Positions 15,253 through 29,744 of a stretch of 64,000 bases of DNA are shown here, piece by piece. The notes beneath the pieces were generated by a model. It made no database searches, was not told the DNA's origin, and worked only from the letters and a program-made list of their open reading frames with translations. Origin of the DNA: Hydrurus foetidus (taxonomy: Eukaryota). Location of the stretch: positions 62,001 through 126,000 of the forward strand of contig UYFQ01000056.1 in assembly GCA_900617105.1 (NCBI GenBank), read 5' to 3'. Position numbers and translations under genes: made by a program. How positions within the stretch are numbered: position 1 is the stretch's first letter; each line of letters begins with the position of its first letter.

Positions 15253-18200
15253 TTAGTATGGAATGTGTTCTGTTGTTTTGTGAGTGCGTGTGTGGGGTGG
15301 GGCATTAAAGGAAAAACATACAGCCGGTTTAAACATCGACTCATCAAAACCGTGTAATAAATCATTCACCAAAATTTCAATATTCTCATCAAAAATAATC
15401 TCGTAATTATTTGTATTTTCCATTTCAATTTCTTTCAGCATAGCTAGATTGCATTGAAGAATCTCTTCTTTTTTTGGATTATTTTTGCTCTTTTCTTCAG
15501 AGATATTTAGTCTGACATTCAATTTCTGTATTTTTATTTGATGTAATATATCTTCACATACAGTCCAACAAACACTCATACATCGCGCCACATTTTTCAT
15601 GATATAAAGTATCTTTTGTCTATCATTTAAATTTTTTGAGAAATATGTATTCTGTGTTTTTTTCCCGTCAGAAAGTCCACTTTTTTTTTTCTCGATAAAT
15701 TTTTCTTTTTCCCATCGTAGAATATTCTCTAAATTATTACGCGCATTTAAATAAGAAATTTCGTATAATGCTGACGCGATATCTTGCTCAATGTTTGTGA
15801 TTAATAAATTTGTCTTTCCGGCTATACGATACACCAGAGTATGAAAAGCTGTTTGATACCTGTGTTTAAGATTATTTAGTGTGATAATTACATGAATTAA
15901 ATGTCACTTTTTTATTTTTTTGACAATAAGAAATTATCAACACGAACTTAAAAGTCATGAATTAAAGTTGCAAAAAAACAATTATAGTTAAGTGAATAAA
16001 TCTGAAGAAAAAAGAAAAAGAAAGAAGAAGAAAAGAAGAGAAGACAGAGGCGTTCGAAATACACCTCGTAAATTCGAAAATAAATAAAATGAATGATAAC
16101 GACAATTTATTAAATAGGAAGATCTTCATACCTTATTTGCAAGGTATATAATTTGTGTGTCGCTTTTTTCATTAAATAAAAATCACTGTCTCGGTTTCCT
16201 TCTTCTGATCGGATTACTGAGTTACCGATCTTACTCTCTGCGATAAAACTGACGTCAAAAGAGAGTGTATAAAATCAGTCTCTTTAAAGGATAAAGAAAT
16301 GAGGAAAATGTACATATCATCCCCAACGTAACTGTAATAAAATGAAAAAATGAGAAAAAAATAAAGAATATTACCTTGAATAGATTTTTGTTGCTAGCTG
16401 CAAATGTTTTCCGGAATTATTTGTTTTCAAATCAGAATCAAAAGGAAAAGAAGTAATTGCCAAATTCTCAAGATGAGATAGGAAAGAAGGTAGAGAAAGA
16501 GGTGCAGCAGGAGGTAGAGTAGAGGGGAGTGTCTGGTGAGGAAATGTGTGGGATCGGGCAGAAGGGAGGGGAGGAGGGATGAAGGAGTATTGTGAGGGGC
16601 GGGTGTTAGAAAAGCAAGAATAGGGAGAAGAAGATGACGAGGAAGAAGATAAAGACGAGGAAGAAGATAATGACGAGGAGGAAGTAGAGGAGGAAGAAGA
16701 GGATAAAGAAGAAAAGGGGATAGAGTGAGAACACGATAATTGTATAGGCGATAAGACAGGCGGACTCGCCATATTACCAATCGCACTCACTTGTATCGGC
16801 ACAGTAGAGCGAGGTAGTTTTTCTGAGGACTTTAAATTCAAATTTAAATATACGAGAGTGTCACAACCGTATAAGTCGGGGACCTTGGATTCGATTTCAT
16901 TCTCAAATTCCAGATTTTCTTCATTGATATTTTGGTTTGAATTATTTTCTTTATCTTCATTGTTTTGACAGTCATTATCATTTCTATTTTCATTTTTACT
17001 TCTATATTTAATTGTATTACAACAATGAATTTCTGAAATGTCATTCTGTATTTTCATATTTGAAATAGTGCATGAATTCTTTGAACATTTTTGATCTTCA
17101 CTTCCAATACAAGAAAAACAAAACTCACAAAAAAAATTATCCGGTTTTGAAAAAGACGGAAACGAAGAATCTGACCCAAGTTCCCTCGATAAATCGAACA
17201 ATTTGCCCAATATCGAAGTTGAGTGAAAAGAGACATTATTTGGTTTATTCATGTGGTGTGGGTATAGAATATTTTCGAGAATTTCCGTGTTCGAGGTGTC
17301 ATTGAAATCTGTGTTTTTTTGTTCTGATAAATTGATACCTGTTAACATTAAAAATGAAAAAAGAATCTAATGGTTGATTATTATAAAATATGAAATGCAG
17401 AATAATTTTGTTTGGTGAAATTTAGTACTCTACAAATAGAAATCAAAAATTAAAAATAAAAAGTAGAAGAGTACACTGCAATGTAAAACAATACAGCAGG
17501 ACATTACAGTGCATTAAAATGCAATTCAATAAATAAATGTTTCAACCACAAACAAAATTTGAAAAAAAGGAAAAATGAACTCGGATTTCTTACAGAAAAC
17601 AAAATCACAGAACAAAAAACTTGTGAACAAAATATACGGGAAGCGTTAAATTACCGTGTTTTCTCCAATCCATAGCATAATCGTGTCTGTCAGCAATGAG
17701 TAATGGCAGTGCACTATCTGGCGAACATTTATCAGCGATTGCCATCCAAGCATTGCTCCATCTAAAATAGGGAAATTGCAGCAAATTAAATGAAATGATT
17801 TATTATTTTCTAGTTGGCTCATATTTTGATATATTGGCTCATTCAGTTTCTAATCCATAATATTGAAAATCTAAATAACACTTCACAAAATATAGTACAG
17901 ATGTCGAATTTTTCAGTCCCACCTGCCGACAGAATTTTTTGTGGACGAATTTGCAACTGATAAAAACTCCCAAAATAAGGCCTAATTAAGTGGATAAATA
18001 GAGGCGAAATGAGAAATAATTATCTTAACAATACTAGTTGTATATTTTGCAATGAATTATTAAAACAGATATAGAATAATTCGTTAATGTAATAAATGAT
18101 AATTGAAATAAATAATTAATGAGATACCGTAGCATGAATAAAATAAAGCGAAAATCAAGGAAATGAAAAATAATCAGAAGTAACAGTAGGTTATCATTAA

Positions 18201-21200
18201 TTAGTGCAAACCTCATCGAATTCATCGCCAGTTAGAGATGCTGGCGATGAAGATAGAAGGTGTACACCTCGAGGGGGGAAACCCTGGGGTAGGAAGGAGA
18301 GTGACGGACATGGGCCGGATGGGGCGGGAAAAGAGGTAGAGAAGAAAGTAGAGGTAGATGCTGAAAGAGGGATGGAAGTGGAATGGCACGAGGATGAAGT
18401 AGTGTGTGTTGGTTGGGATGAAGTGTTTGTTAGTTCAGAGAGACTGATAGTGGGAGTGACGTTGAGAGAGGGAACAAGAGTGGGAGTGAGACGAAGAGGG
18501 GGAGTGGCAGGAAGAGGGAGAGAGGGAGGAAGAGGAGGAGACAGAGGAAGAGAAGTGCGTGTTAAATTACTAGAGGTATTCGAAGACAGAATATCACAAG
18601 AAGTATTGGATAAGATAGGAGACGAAGAAGAGAGAGCTATAGACTCAGAAAAAGAAGAGTGAAGTACACAAGAACTTGGACTCTCCATTCCACTATTGGA
18701 CAAAAAACTCGCACCAGTGTTATTTTTTGTTTTATCTTGTTTCAATGGAGGTGGTGCTGGACCTTGGATCCGGTCTGGAATTTTAAAAATCGGTGGCTTG
18801 GTAGGAGAGCCGAGTGATATTGAGTCAAAGTTAAAATTGAAAATTATTGAAGGTGTTGGGATTGTTGAGATCTGTGGGGGGGAAGGGACGGGATGGGAAG
18901 AGTTGGAAGTAGAGGAGGAGGGAAAGGAGGAAGAAGAAGAGGAGGAGGGAAAGGAGGAAGAAGAAGAGGAGGAGGGAAAGGAGGAAGAAGAAGAGGAGGA
19001 GGGAAAGGAGGAAGAAGAAGAGGAGGAGGGAAAGGAGGAAGAAGAAGAGGAGGAGGGAAAGGAAGAAGAAGAGGGCGATGATGAGGAAGAAGAAGAAAAA
19101 AAAGAATGTTCATTTACAACTTCATCTCCATATTTAGTGTTATTTTCATTTTCATTTTTACTGTTCTTCTCTTTTTTTACTGTAATATTCAATTCTTCTT
19201 TTTTCTTCATTTTCAAAAACTCTTTTTTCTTGTTCTTTACCGTATCATCATAATTGCTTACATGCTGTACTAATTCCTGTTCTCCTAGTACAAAATAAAA
19301 ATCCCCATCGTAGTCTCCTCCCATATCAGCTAGTGACGTTGTGTCTGTGTGGGGAGATGTGTGGGGTGAATGAGGATATTCGTACTTAATACAGAACATT
19401 ATGTAGAATAATTTGATTATGAGTCTGAAGAGATACAGAATGAAAAATACAAAATACAAAATACAAAATACAAATCATCAAGTCGTACAAATAATCATAA
19501 TTCGGCCAATCTACAATTAAAGTTTGCTCCATCAATTATCAGCTTGAAACTTCACATGATTTCGGTATTCAGTAAAGAAAGAATTTTTACCTTCAGTATT
19601 TGTATTTTTTTGAACACTAAACACTACCACTGCTCCAGTAAAAGAAAACCGTTTATTCAAATATTCGTATTCACTTTGAATATTCGTTTCGCTGTTTTCA
19701 CTGTTTTTGAATTCCTTTTTCTCCTCATTTTTTTTACTTCCGACTTGACTGCACTTTTCTCTTTCTTTTCTACAGTTATTTAAGTCAAAAAAATACTCTA
19801 ATTCAGGCCTATTTTTGATTGTTAAAAGTAGAATGGATTTTGTTCTTAAAGCTGGAAACCGTGTTACCAAAACTTTTTGATTTTCACGGAAAATTTCATT
19901 TTCTCCACGTCCTAAAAAAAAGGAACAATAATTTTCAAAAATACCATGGATAAATAAAATCAAAGATTATACATGAGTAACTTCATACAATCAATGCTTA
20001 TCGTCTGACAAAAAATCGACAAGATAGACAAACGAATACCTGAACCATAGTGTATGTATATTTCCCCTTTTCCCAAGCAACCGGTGGGATCGCATATGCC
20101 CAAAAAATATCCGGCTAAAAACGGTAAAAAGCAATCGTCACAAAATGAGAAAAATCATATCATTAGTAAATGATCAACTTTATAGAATCAAAGCAGTGAT
20201 CAATAAATGAAAATGACAGCTTTAATAAATAATCAATAATAATTCATTTGAAGATCATTCATTACATTTTGAGACATTTACCGTGCACACTGATTCCCTT
20301 TTATTTTCTATTTTATATAATACATTTACAAATAAGTTTTTCTATTCCTACCAGGCTTTGTTGGAATTCTTAGATCCACGATTCCTTCCATTTCCCTCTC
20401 TTGAACTTGCTGAACGAGATTCTACTCGGAAATTTATAATGAGATAATAGGCTTATTTTGGCGGATATAAAGAGGATTTTGAAAAAGTGATTGTGGATTA
20501 TGGGGGTGAATCTTTGAAAAAGTTAAATGTTTTATTTGGGTCTGAAATTTGATGATGATAAATTATCCTATAAATTCAAAAAATTAAAATCAAATTAATA
20601 AGAAATTATGGTATGGCATTCTATATCGTACGGTACAGTATGTGTCACCTGTAAGTACGGTTCGTTCAATCCATGACCAGCATCGAGCATTTTATAAATA
20701 GTCTTGTTAAAAGTGGATAGCGAAAGAGGCTCGTTTGTGCTACACGTGTCTGTACGGTCTGTAGTATCGTACGTGTCAGAACATGTACCTGTGAATTCCT
20801 GTGAATCTAAGAATAATGAAATCAGTATGGTTAGTAAAAAAGATAAATAATGAATATCTATAATAACACAGAGTAAGAACAACACACAGAAATTCGAATA
20901 TCGTAAAACAGAAAGATCAAAAACGATCTAAGAACAATTTAGAAAGTAACGAATATTATTCCGCGTTTTTAATTATATTATAATATTATTCCGCGTTTTT
21001 CATACAGTGAAGTAAATAAAAATAACGCGTGAAGAACATTGCACCAGAAATGATTAGTTTCGTACCAAATGTCGATTCAGTAGCATTAACATTTTCGTTT
21101 TTTGAAATTTGAAAGGTCTGTAAGTACTGATAAACAGCACGTTCGCACGTACGTAATTTAGCGACTAGAGAAAAATGCTTCCTGTGAGAATTAGAAAAAG

Positions 21201-24200
21201 AAAACTATTAATTAGATGCTAAATAAGATATTTTGATAGTTTGTTGATATCTTTGTTTGGGGAAATCAGTATAGCATATGTGCTGGTAAGTTGATTGTTG
21301 TACTAAAAAGTAAAGGAAGTATGTATGTACAGTACGAAAAGTAAAGCAAAATAAATCAAAGCAGAAATTCGTTAACACTGTACAGAATAAAAATAGCATT
21401 GAAATTGCGCAAAAAAAGAAATTGTCGCATCTAGAAGAATAGTTAGGGAGGGAAAAGTTAATGTACAAAAACGATTTTAAGTAATACATAAATTGTAATA
21501 CAATACAATGACGTAAAATATAATCAAGAAGAATGATAGTATAAATCAAAATATGAATAGCTTATGTAAGGTATCCTACTTTTGTTCGTACGTTAGTGTA
21601 CTGACCTCAGAATATTTTCGAAATATTGGTACGGAACTCCTCGATGGTGAAGTAAGAGAATTAGATGCTTGTTAAGACGGAATTGAGGCTTACCCAAGGA
21701 CCGAGAAGTGTTCACTACTTCAATGCAAACAGTGGATAAATTCGATAAAATCATGGGAGAAAAAGAAGCAGTAGAAGAGGAGGAGGAAGAGGTAGGGAAA
21801 GAGGAGGTGATACTGATACTTTTTGTCGACAAAAAAGTTTTGTTTGTATCATTCTTTTTATGTTTTTTATTATTCATTTCTGACGTAGTATTTTTATGAT
21901 TTTGAATGAAGTCAGCATAACTCACAATTTTTTTGTCCCGATTTGATTTCTTTATATCACAGCAAATATTATTATCATCATTATTCTTATTGCTCTTATC
22001 CTGATTATCACTTTTGTTACAATTCTTTTTTTCATTTTCATCATTACTTTTATTATTGTCATTAACATTATGATAACTACTGTTGGTATCAAAATACGTA
22101 TCAGTATTTTTATTCAAATAATAATCACCGCTATTTGCCTTCTCTCGCACCCCAACATAATCATCAGCACTAAAATCGTAGACGTTACTACTAATTGGCC
22201 CAAATACTTTTTGCATGGACTTTCGTACTATAATAACATCATCTGGCAAATTTTTATCAACAACCAAAACTCCTTTGAATATTCCCCATGGACAAAAAAT
22301 ACGCACCTGAAAAGCACACGGAACATTTATCAAATCCGTTTTCATTTCAGCACATATATTTACGTTTGCACCGTTTTTACCTTTTTTACCGTTTTTGAAA
22401 TTGTGATATTTTTCTGTATTTTCTGCTTTTATTCCTTGGCTTACTTTTGACGGAAGATTTAGTGCCACATTAAGTGATACGAAACCACATCCGTCAGTCA
22501 AGCAAAAATTGTTTTCATTTTTTGTATTATTCATACTGTTGTCGCTATTTTTTTGAATGGATTTTTTCCCTTTTTTTCCTCCTTTTAAATGATATTCATC
22601 ACAATAATCATTATCACTGAAATTTTTATTATCTATATTATTCTCACCATTATTTATATCGTTATTATTGCTTCTATCGTTACTGTCGATAAAATCGCTG
22701 ATGTCACTATTTTGATTTGAATCTCGTCCATCTTCTACATTTAATTCAAATATATCATCTGCCCAATACATTTTAATTTTTTCATTACAGTTGCCAGAAA
22801 AAATTGGACCGTTTTGAAATTTTGGAATTCCCATAGAATCATTCTTTTTTATGAAATCAGAATTTTTAACTAAATTTTGATTCGTCATTAATCGATTATC
22901 TCCACAGCTTGCGTTCTTTTCAAATCCAGAAGAAAAAGTTTCAGGAGAAGCGTCCAGCGGCTTATCGCTAGTAATGCCCGTACGTTCCAATCCGAAACAC
23001 GTACGGCTCACTAACAGTCCTAACCTCATACCTAAACAATAAAACAATTTTATGTTCCATTTCTTAATTAATTATTGCTTTGTGACCACATTTGATAATG
23101 TCGAGTAAAAAGAAAACTTGGCTTATTCTTCAGTAATTTCTTTTTAATTGGCAAGTAGGGGGATCGGAGGACTTAAATGTTAGTAATTGAATTAATTAGA
23201 TGAACACAAGAAATAAACCAACTCTATAAAATTGATTAACTTTCTAACTGACTGACTGACTTACTGACTGACTAGAATAACTCCGACATAACATCAATTT
23301 TTACGTACATCACTTAATCAGATACTTCCTTCATTGAAATCTGATGCAACTATACAATCGTCATCATTATGTACACATATTTCACGTACGTGTATCGTAC
23401 GTTGAACATCATCGTGATAACGCTTAAGAACTCTAGATAGAAATCATCTACTAAACACATCGGAGAAATATTTTAATCATAGGACATTCAGTGTAACTTT
23501 TACTTTCAAAAAATAAATGATACATAGGTAGTAAAAACTGCAGTCAACATTATCAATTCGTGAGAACTCCTATCGTACCTGCTCTCGAAACTGTAGGCTG
23601 CGATGCGAAATCCGCGATGAATTTCCGTACTGCATTTGCACACGGAAATCTTTTATCCCTGCAATCATTTCTTAGGAAATATGCCACTTTATCTTTCGGA
23701 TCTTTGCTCAGTAAAAACTGGAATCGAGAACCGTGATAAGTGAAACCGTCTCTTGCGATATCATTTATATTCATGTTTGAATATAATTCTGATTTATTAT
23801 ATCCAATATCACTGCTTGAGTTAAGTGTAGTATTCTTTGATTCGTTTACTTTAGTTGAAGGTGCGAATTGTCTCAACGCTAATCCGTAGTTTTGTGACAT
23901 AAAACAGTCTTTACTGCAATTGATAGTAACCACAGCAAGTCTGCTGCTTACGCAGTCCTCTAGAGCATTGCTTTTGAAATCATCAGAGCAGCAGGCTCCT
24001 GAGAGCAAACGATCGATGAAGAATACTGTAGGATTTACGTCTACTCCTAGCAACGTGCATGTCATGCCCTCTTTCGTAAGCTGTAACTTCAAATGCAGAC
24101 GGTATTTGTCAGCAATCAGGGGGGATGATATATCTTGCTTTCTGTGTTTCAGATTGCTCGAGCATATTCTCTTCAGCGACTCCTCTTGTTGGACCAAGTC

Positions 24201-24359
24201 GAGCGGTTTCCATATCCCAGTGTTTGCAGCCGTACTCAATCTGTTCATAGCAGCTCTTTCCTTTGACATGCAATCCTTATCAATTTGACAGCCGTAATAA
24301 TCTGAGAGAATACGCATTCGGTAGAGGTTCTCCATCAATGGCACGTTGTAGGATGCCAC
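15253..24359 (-). CDS. Cellular RNA-dependent RNA polymerase, RDR-gamma (plant RDR3/4/5)-like, multi-exon; exact start uncertain
   Basis: Ordered motifs across exons: LTDGCGFVS; PCAFQVRIF..G.FKGVLVVDKNLP...IIVRKSMQK; IEVVNTS...LNKHLILLLHHRGVP; KMLDAGHGLNEPYLQ; YFLGICDPTG; VLVTRFP; catalytic MGGDYDGD (19301-19315); ALFWEFL...WSNAWMAIADK; SILGKLFD. GT-AG introns separate them. Confidence 0.9.
18912..19070. repeat. 27-bp coding tandem repeat (~6 copies) encoding SSSSSSFPS in the RdRP
   Basis: Unit GAGGAGGAGGGAAAGGAGGAAGAAGAA at 18912, 18939, 18966, 18993, 19020 and, partially, 19047. Confidence 0.95.
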
Positions 24360-25003
24360 GTTATAGGTTATGCTGATGACCGTTGGTGGATAGGTTTAAC
24401 ATTCAGCAGATTGGCCGATTTCCCTGAAATAATGGGAGACAGCATCGTTGCTTATCAACTGCGCGAGAAGAGCGCAGAGTGACACCGCTCATGCGTGAGA
24501 ACGGCACATGAAGCCTCCTTTGCTGCTTGCGAAATGAAGTCGAAGTCAAGTGGATGTTCCAACATTTCAACTCAACTGTGAAACAATTTGAAATCGCTTC
24601 GAACCATATATTAGATGCTATTTCCGATATTTAGGTGACAGATTTGATTGGATTACACGACGGGAAGTTTTTCACTAAAATAATCAGTTGGAAAGTAAGT
24701 ATCTACGGTCATTAACTGTTCGAAAATTCCACCAATGGCGCATCCTTCTCAATGGGAATAAAAGAGAAAAATTGGACTTCGAATTCGAGAACAGAGAATT
24801 TTTGGCACCATGAAATTGAGGTAATACGACGATATCATTTTCTTCGCATAATTACCATTACATCTAACAGCAATAGCAATAAATGAAATAGTATTATACT
24901 ACAGGCATAATGAAAATGACAAAATCAATCTTGAGCATTCTACACTTTTTTATTTTCATTTTCGTTTTCGCTTTCTTTCCAAATTATAAATACATTTGAT
25001 CAT

Positions 25004-28000
25004 TTACTTCGCTTTAAGACAAACTTGACCATCTCTAATCTCGCAATCTTGTACCTTAACGCCTAATTGTTTGCCAAATCTTCTAATAACAAATTTGGTG
25101 TCAGGGTTGGCAAAATTCATTACCAGTCCTTTTCTACCTGCTCTCCCACACCTACCGGCCCGATGCACGTAGTGCTGAGCGTCAGTCGGTAATTCAAAAT
25201 TTATCACGTGGGTTAAATCAGGAATGTCTAATCCTCTTGCTGCTAATTCGGTAGTCACGACTAAATTTAACCGGCCATCCCGTAAACGGCCGATAATTTC
25301 CTGTAAAATTTTGTTGAAAAAGGTGGTAGTATAAGTACGATTTATTTAAAAGTAAATGCAGAATGTGAAGATGGCATGCTGGAAATCAAAAGAATGATGT
25401 ATGACAAGATGAGGAAGTAAGTGTATTGTTTCTTTTGTTTTTGGATTGCTAAGATGTCACGATTTCATTTTCATCTGAATTAATTGGTACTAATATACGT
25501 GAAGAGTGCATTGATATCTGTGAAAGAATAACTGGAAAGTAACGGAGAAAGATGGCAAAGAATAGAATCGAAGGTGTAATAACGTAAAAAGCTAATAACA
25601 AGAAAGCATTCAAAAGAAAACAAAAGCAATTCAATTCACTAACATAAATTAAATTCATGCATACACACCTTTCGATCATCTTTGCTTGACTCGCCATGCA
25701 AAGGCGCTGCAACGAATCCCATTTCCAGCAGTTTTTCGTAAATTATTTCCACCCTATGGGGATCGTTTACGAAAATTAAAGCACTGACGACTTCGGGTTT
25801 TGCTTTTAGAAATTTCTTTAACATTTCCAGTGCTCTCATTCTGGGTGTGGATATCAGTCCGTGAGTGATTCCTAGTAGATACAAATGGGAATGGTCAGTA
25901 TTGATCCTTTGCGATTGAGAGTTGTGCTGATTTGAATGCAATGATGTGTAACTTTGCACACACACTAACTTTTTCTTCCTTCTTGTTCTCTTCCTCCCTT
26001 CATCTCCCTCCCTCTTCCCCTCCTACTCTCCCTTTCACCCCATACATTCCTTCATACATTTTCTATCAGCATCAGTCTAGATTATACACTATTTCATCTA
26101 GTCTACGCCAATTACCGATCGGTATCAGTACCAGTCTCACTTTATTTTCTATTCTCCATCTTTATCAGTATCAGTCTACTTCCCATTTTCTCTTCTCACC
26201 TGCTGGCAGCATGGAGGCTGACGGTACGATTACCCGAGACCAGCCGGGTGAGCAGTATTTATCCGCAAACGCCTACGTTTAAGAATAAATACTCCGTGAG
26301 ATTTTGACCGAGTGAAGAGTAAATCGGCCAAATTACTCGACAGTAAAATTTATGTCATCGGATGTGATTGAGTTGTAGCAGTTAAGAAATCAAGTATCTG
26401 TATAAGTTAAGTTATCCCAAACTCAGTAATGACATTCTACCAGTGAGCATCACGTAACATGTGACTAGACGTTTACACTAAGTATGTACTGTACGCACAT
26501 GTCTATGTGACAACATGTTCTGATGTGACGAATGTAAGTACATGTGTAAGAAAGGGTGCACGCGCATGGACGTACCTTGACTGCTGGATCGTTGATGGTG
26601 GCTGATGCAAGACAGACCAACCGCTTGTTTAAATGCGGAGCAATCTCCTCTTCTTCATCTACTTCGTCATCTCCCTCATTCTCCAACCCAACAATATCAT
26701 CATCATTATCATCATCCTCTTCATCCATACTATCGATGTCTATGTCGGTATCATCATTATCATCATATCTGCTATCATTATCATCCACCACACCATCACT
26801 CTCCTCATCCCCTTCATCCTCACTACCCCCCATATAACCGTAAACACCATTTTCACCGATTTCCTTCACTCTATGTCTTCCTCTGTCACTCACACTTCCA
26901 TCTTTTTTAAACATTGCAGTGGACTCAATGATAGTCAAAATCTCTCCTATGAAAGGCTCTTTCAACATACTGTCCACTTCATCTATGACTAGTGCTCGTA
27001 CCATGCCCAACTTCAACTTACGTAATTGAAATACTAATTCGGCTAATCTTCCTGGTGTTGCGACAATTATCTGTGGTTTTTGATCCCGTAATCTTTTTAT
27101 TTGATTGCGTACATTTGCACCACCAATCAAAGATAAGATTCCAATACCAGATCCTTTAAATATGCTTTCTCCTACGAGTCCTATTTGTGTCACTAGTTCC
27201 CTTGATGGTGCCAATATGATGGCTTGCACCTGTATATGTACGTACATAAAAAGTTAAAAAGCTTATAAATTGAATACTGAAATGTAAATAAAAGTTAGAA
27301 TGTATGTAAGTTATGTCATACAATGTAAATCAGAAGTTGTTAAGTATGTAAATAATGGAAGGGATTGAATTAAGAAGTTAGTAAGTGCATAAATTATCTA
27401 CATAAATGTATAGGAGCACAGAATAGTTACATCAATTATGTAATGTTATGCAATACAATAATATTTGATGTATAGGCAACACAAACATTTCGAAACTATT
27501 CGATACCGCTCATACTAAGGTACTTATGCTACAATAAGTACAGATGACATAACATTGATTTAAAAACGTAACCGCAAAATGATTTTACAAAGTCCGCTTC
27601 TCTGGTTTGAGAAGAAAAAATTGATGACATAAAATATATTACGTAAATGTATATGATGTAAATTAAACAAAGACGAAAAAGATACGAAAGGGAAGAAGTA
27701 TGCGTTAGCCTCACCTTTTTTTTCTTTTTATCGACAGTATTGAGTAGAGGCAGCAAAAAAGCAAGCGTTTTGCCCGATCCAGTTTGAGCGTGTAAAAGTA
27801 CATCTTTACCGTTGATCATCTCAGGAATGGAAGCTGCTTGAATTTTTGTCGGATTGAAAATATTTAATCTTTCTAAATTCTGAAGCACTACTGGATCTGT
27901 CACGCCAATATCCATGAAAGATTTAGTAGTGAAAACTTGATCAAATTCGTCAACAGATTCAGATATGCGGAATTCAAAGGGGGTGTATTCGTTTTTTTCG

Positions 28001-29331
28001 AGTTCTTTCTTCATTTTTCTTTTTTCTTTTTGTAATTCTTCTTTTGCCAGCAAAGCTGCTGCTTTTGCATCTAATTTCTTCTGTTCTTCCGGACTGATAG
28101 GAGGGGGTCTGCGAAGTCTGAAACCCGACACAGCATTCAATGGCCCGGAACGTTCTGATTCTTTTAGTTTTTGTCTCAAAGAAGCTTCTTCGTCTTCGTC
28201 ATATTCTGCTCCTTCGTAATCGTAGAGACTGCTAGGAATAAATGGTGCTTTCGTTTTTGGTTTAAGATCGCCTTTTTGACCAACCCAAGTGCTTTCTTTT
28301 GCTCTCCTATCTCTACGTGCAACATTAGATTCTCTATCATCATCTCCCTCATCATCCTCACCATCCTCCTCTTCTTCTATGTCTTTCTCCATTTTCTTTT
28401 CTTTCACTGCATCGTTCGTTTCGAACATATCTTCCATAGAATATTCCGCCGGTTCCGATTTCTCAATTTTTCTCCTAGCGAGTAATCCTAATTTTAGAGG
28501 AACCTTCTTTACTTCTTCAACATTCATTTTCGATCCTGCTCCGAACATGAATTCATTTTCATTTTCATTTTCTAGTGTAGGATTCTCGATTACTTTTGCC
28601 CTTGAACTTTTCTTACCCGGAGTGTCTTTAGAAGTTATTAAAGGCGATGTTGAAGTCTTCTCAGTGGAAAATTTTTCCTTCTTATCTGTTTTCTCAACGG
28701 TCTTTTCAACACTTTTATCTTTCTTATCCTTCTTGTCTGATTTTTCTGCGACAGCTGGAGCTGCTGATTTAACGCGATTGGCTGGATCGAAACCTTCAAA
28801 TTTTCCAGCTTTAGCATTCTTCTTTATCCTCTCGTCCTCCCTTTCATCGTCCATTTCATCCCAGTCGACATCACTGTTCAAAGCATCTTTGAACGCATTA
28901 GATCCGTATTTTGCAAGAACATGCTTTTCCAGATCCTCCAGTTTTTCAGAAAAATCAGCGTTTGCAGCACTCTTTCTCCGCTTCGCCGCATCTCTCGGGT
29001 CTGGCCTCGTTGGTTTCTCAAATTCAAAAGTAGCAGTGGTCGGTTTATTCGGAGTGATAGCAGCGGTATTCGCTTTCTTCACGCTCTTTTTCTTCTCTTT
29101 CTTCACTTTGATACCGAGAAGTTCCGCTATCTCTGGAGGAGGATTTGATCCAGACGATGGTCCTGAAAACTCATATATGCCTCCCACCTTTGCCTTCAGA
29201 GAAAACTCTGATTTCAACTTGAGATTGCTTCGTCCAAGATTTGATCGATTTAGGGACCATGATTTAGTTAAGGCAATTGCAACAGGTATCAGACTCAATA
29301 GTCGCACAATCCATCTCGAGGCTTGCGTCAT
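25004..29331 (-). CDS. DEAD-box (DEVD variant) RNA helicase, probably plastid-targeted; about 5 exons
   Basis: Q motif (F...G...PTKIQ), AQTGSGKT, APSRELVTQ, GG, ATPGRL, DEVD, SAT, IFVN, LHG, TELAARGLD and YVHRAGRCGRAG. The N-terminus has a signal peptide followed by a Ser/Arg/Lys transit-like segment. Confidence 0.93.
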
Positions 29332-29744
29332 CTTTGAAGATGATATGACGCTCTGTTCGGTGATGATTTTAAACCTCGAAAGCTTGCCTCATTTCCAAGT
29401 TCTCAATGAAGTTGCCAGCTTTCTCAGTTGAACTGGAACTGTCGATTACTGGTCGCGCGAAATTCACGGATAAAGATTTCCCGTTTCTCGAGTTTTACCG
29501 TACTCTAGATTCCGCAAAAACCGAATTTCAAAGACCGTATAAAAATCGACCTTGGACCTTCAGATTCTGGACACAGGGCAATGCGAATGACTGGCTGCAA
29601 AGTGGTAAATAGCGCCATTTGCGCATTTTGCGTAATAAGCATTCAGCGAGACATCATCACTGTCATTGCCATCCAACGCAATCGTGTGTTCCAGTGTTCT
29701 TCCTCTTGTCTGCTACTGGTGATTTGAAATATTTTGACGGGAAA

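Noticed and set aside
15253..24359. Viral origin of the RdRP
   Set aside because: It has the DxDGD double-psi-barrel motif and introns of cellular RDRs, not the GDD palm motif.
15253..29331. RdRP plus adjacent DEAD-box helicase as an RNAi module
   Set aside because: The helicase carries a plastid-type presequence, so it is probably in a different compartment.
28289..29431. 380-aa plus-strand ORF and other Ser/Phe-rich antisense ORFs
   Set aside because: Mirror frames of Lys/Glu-rich real exons.
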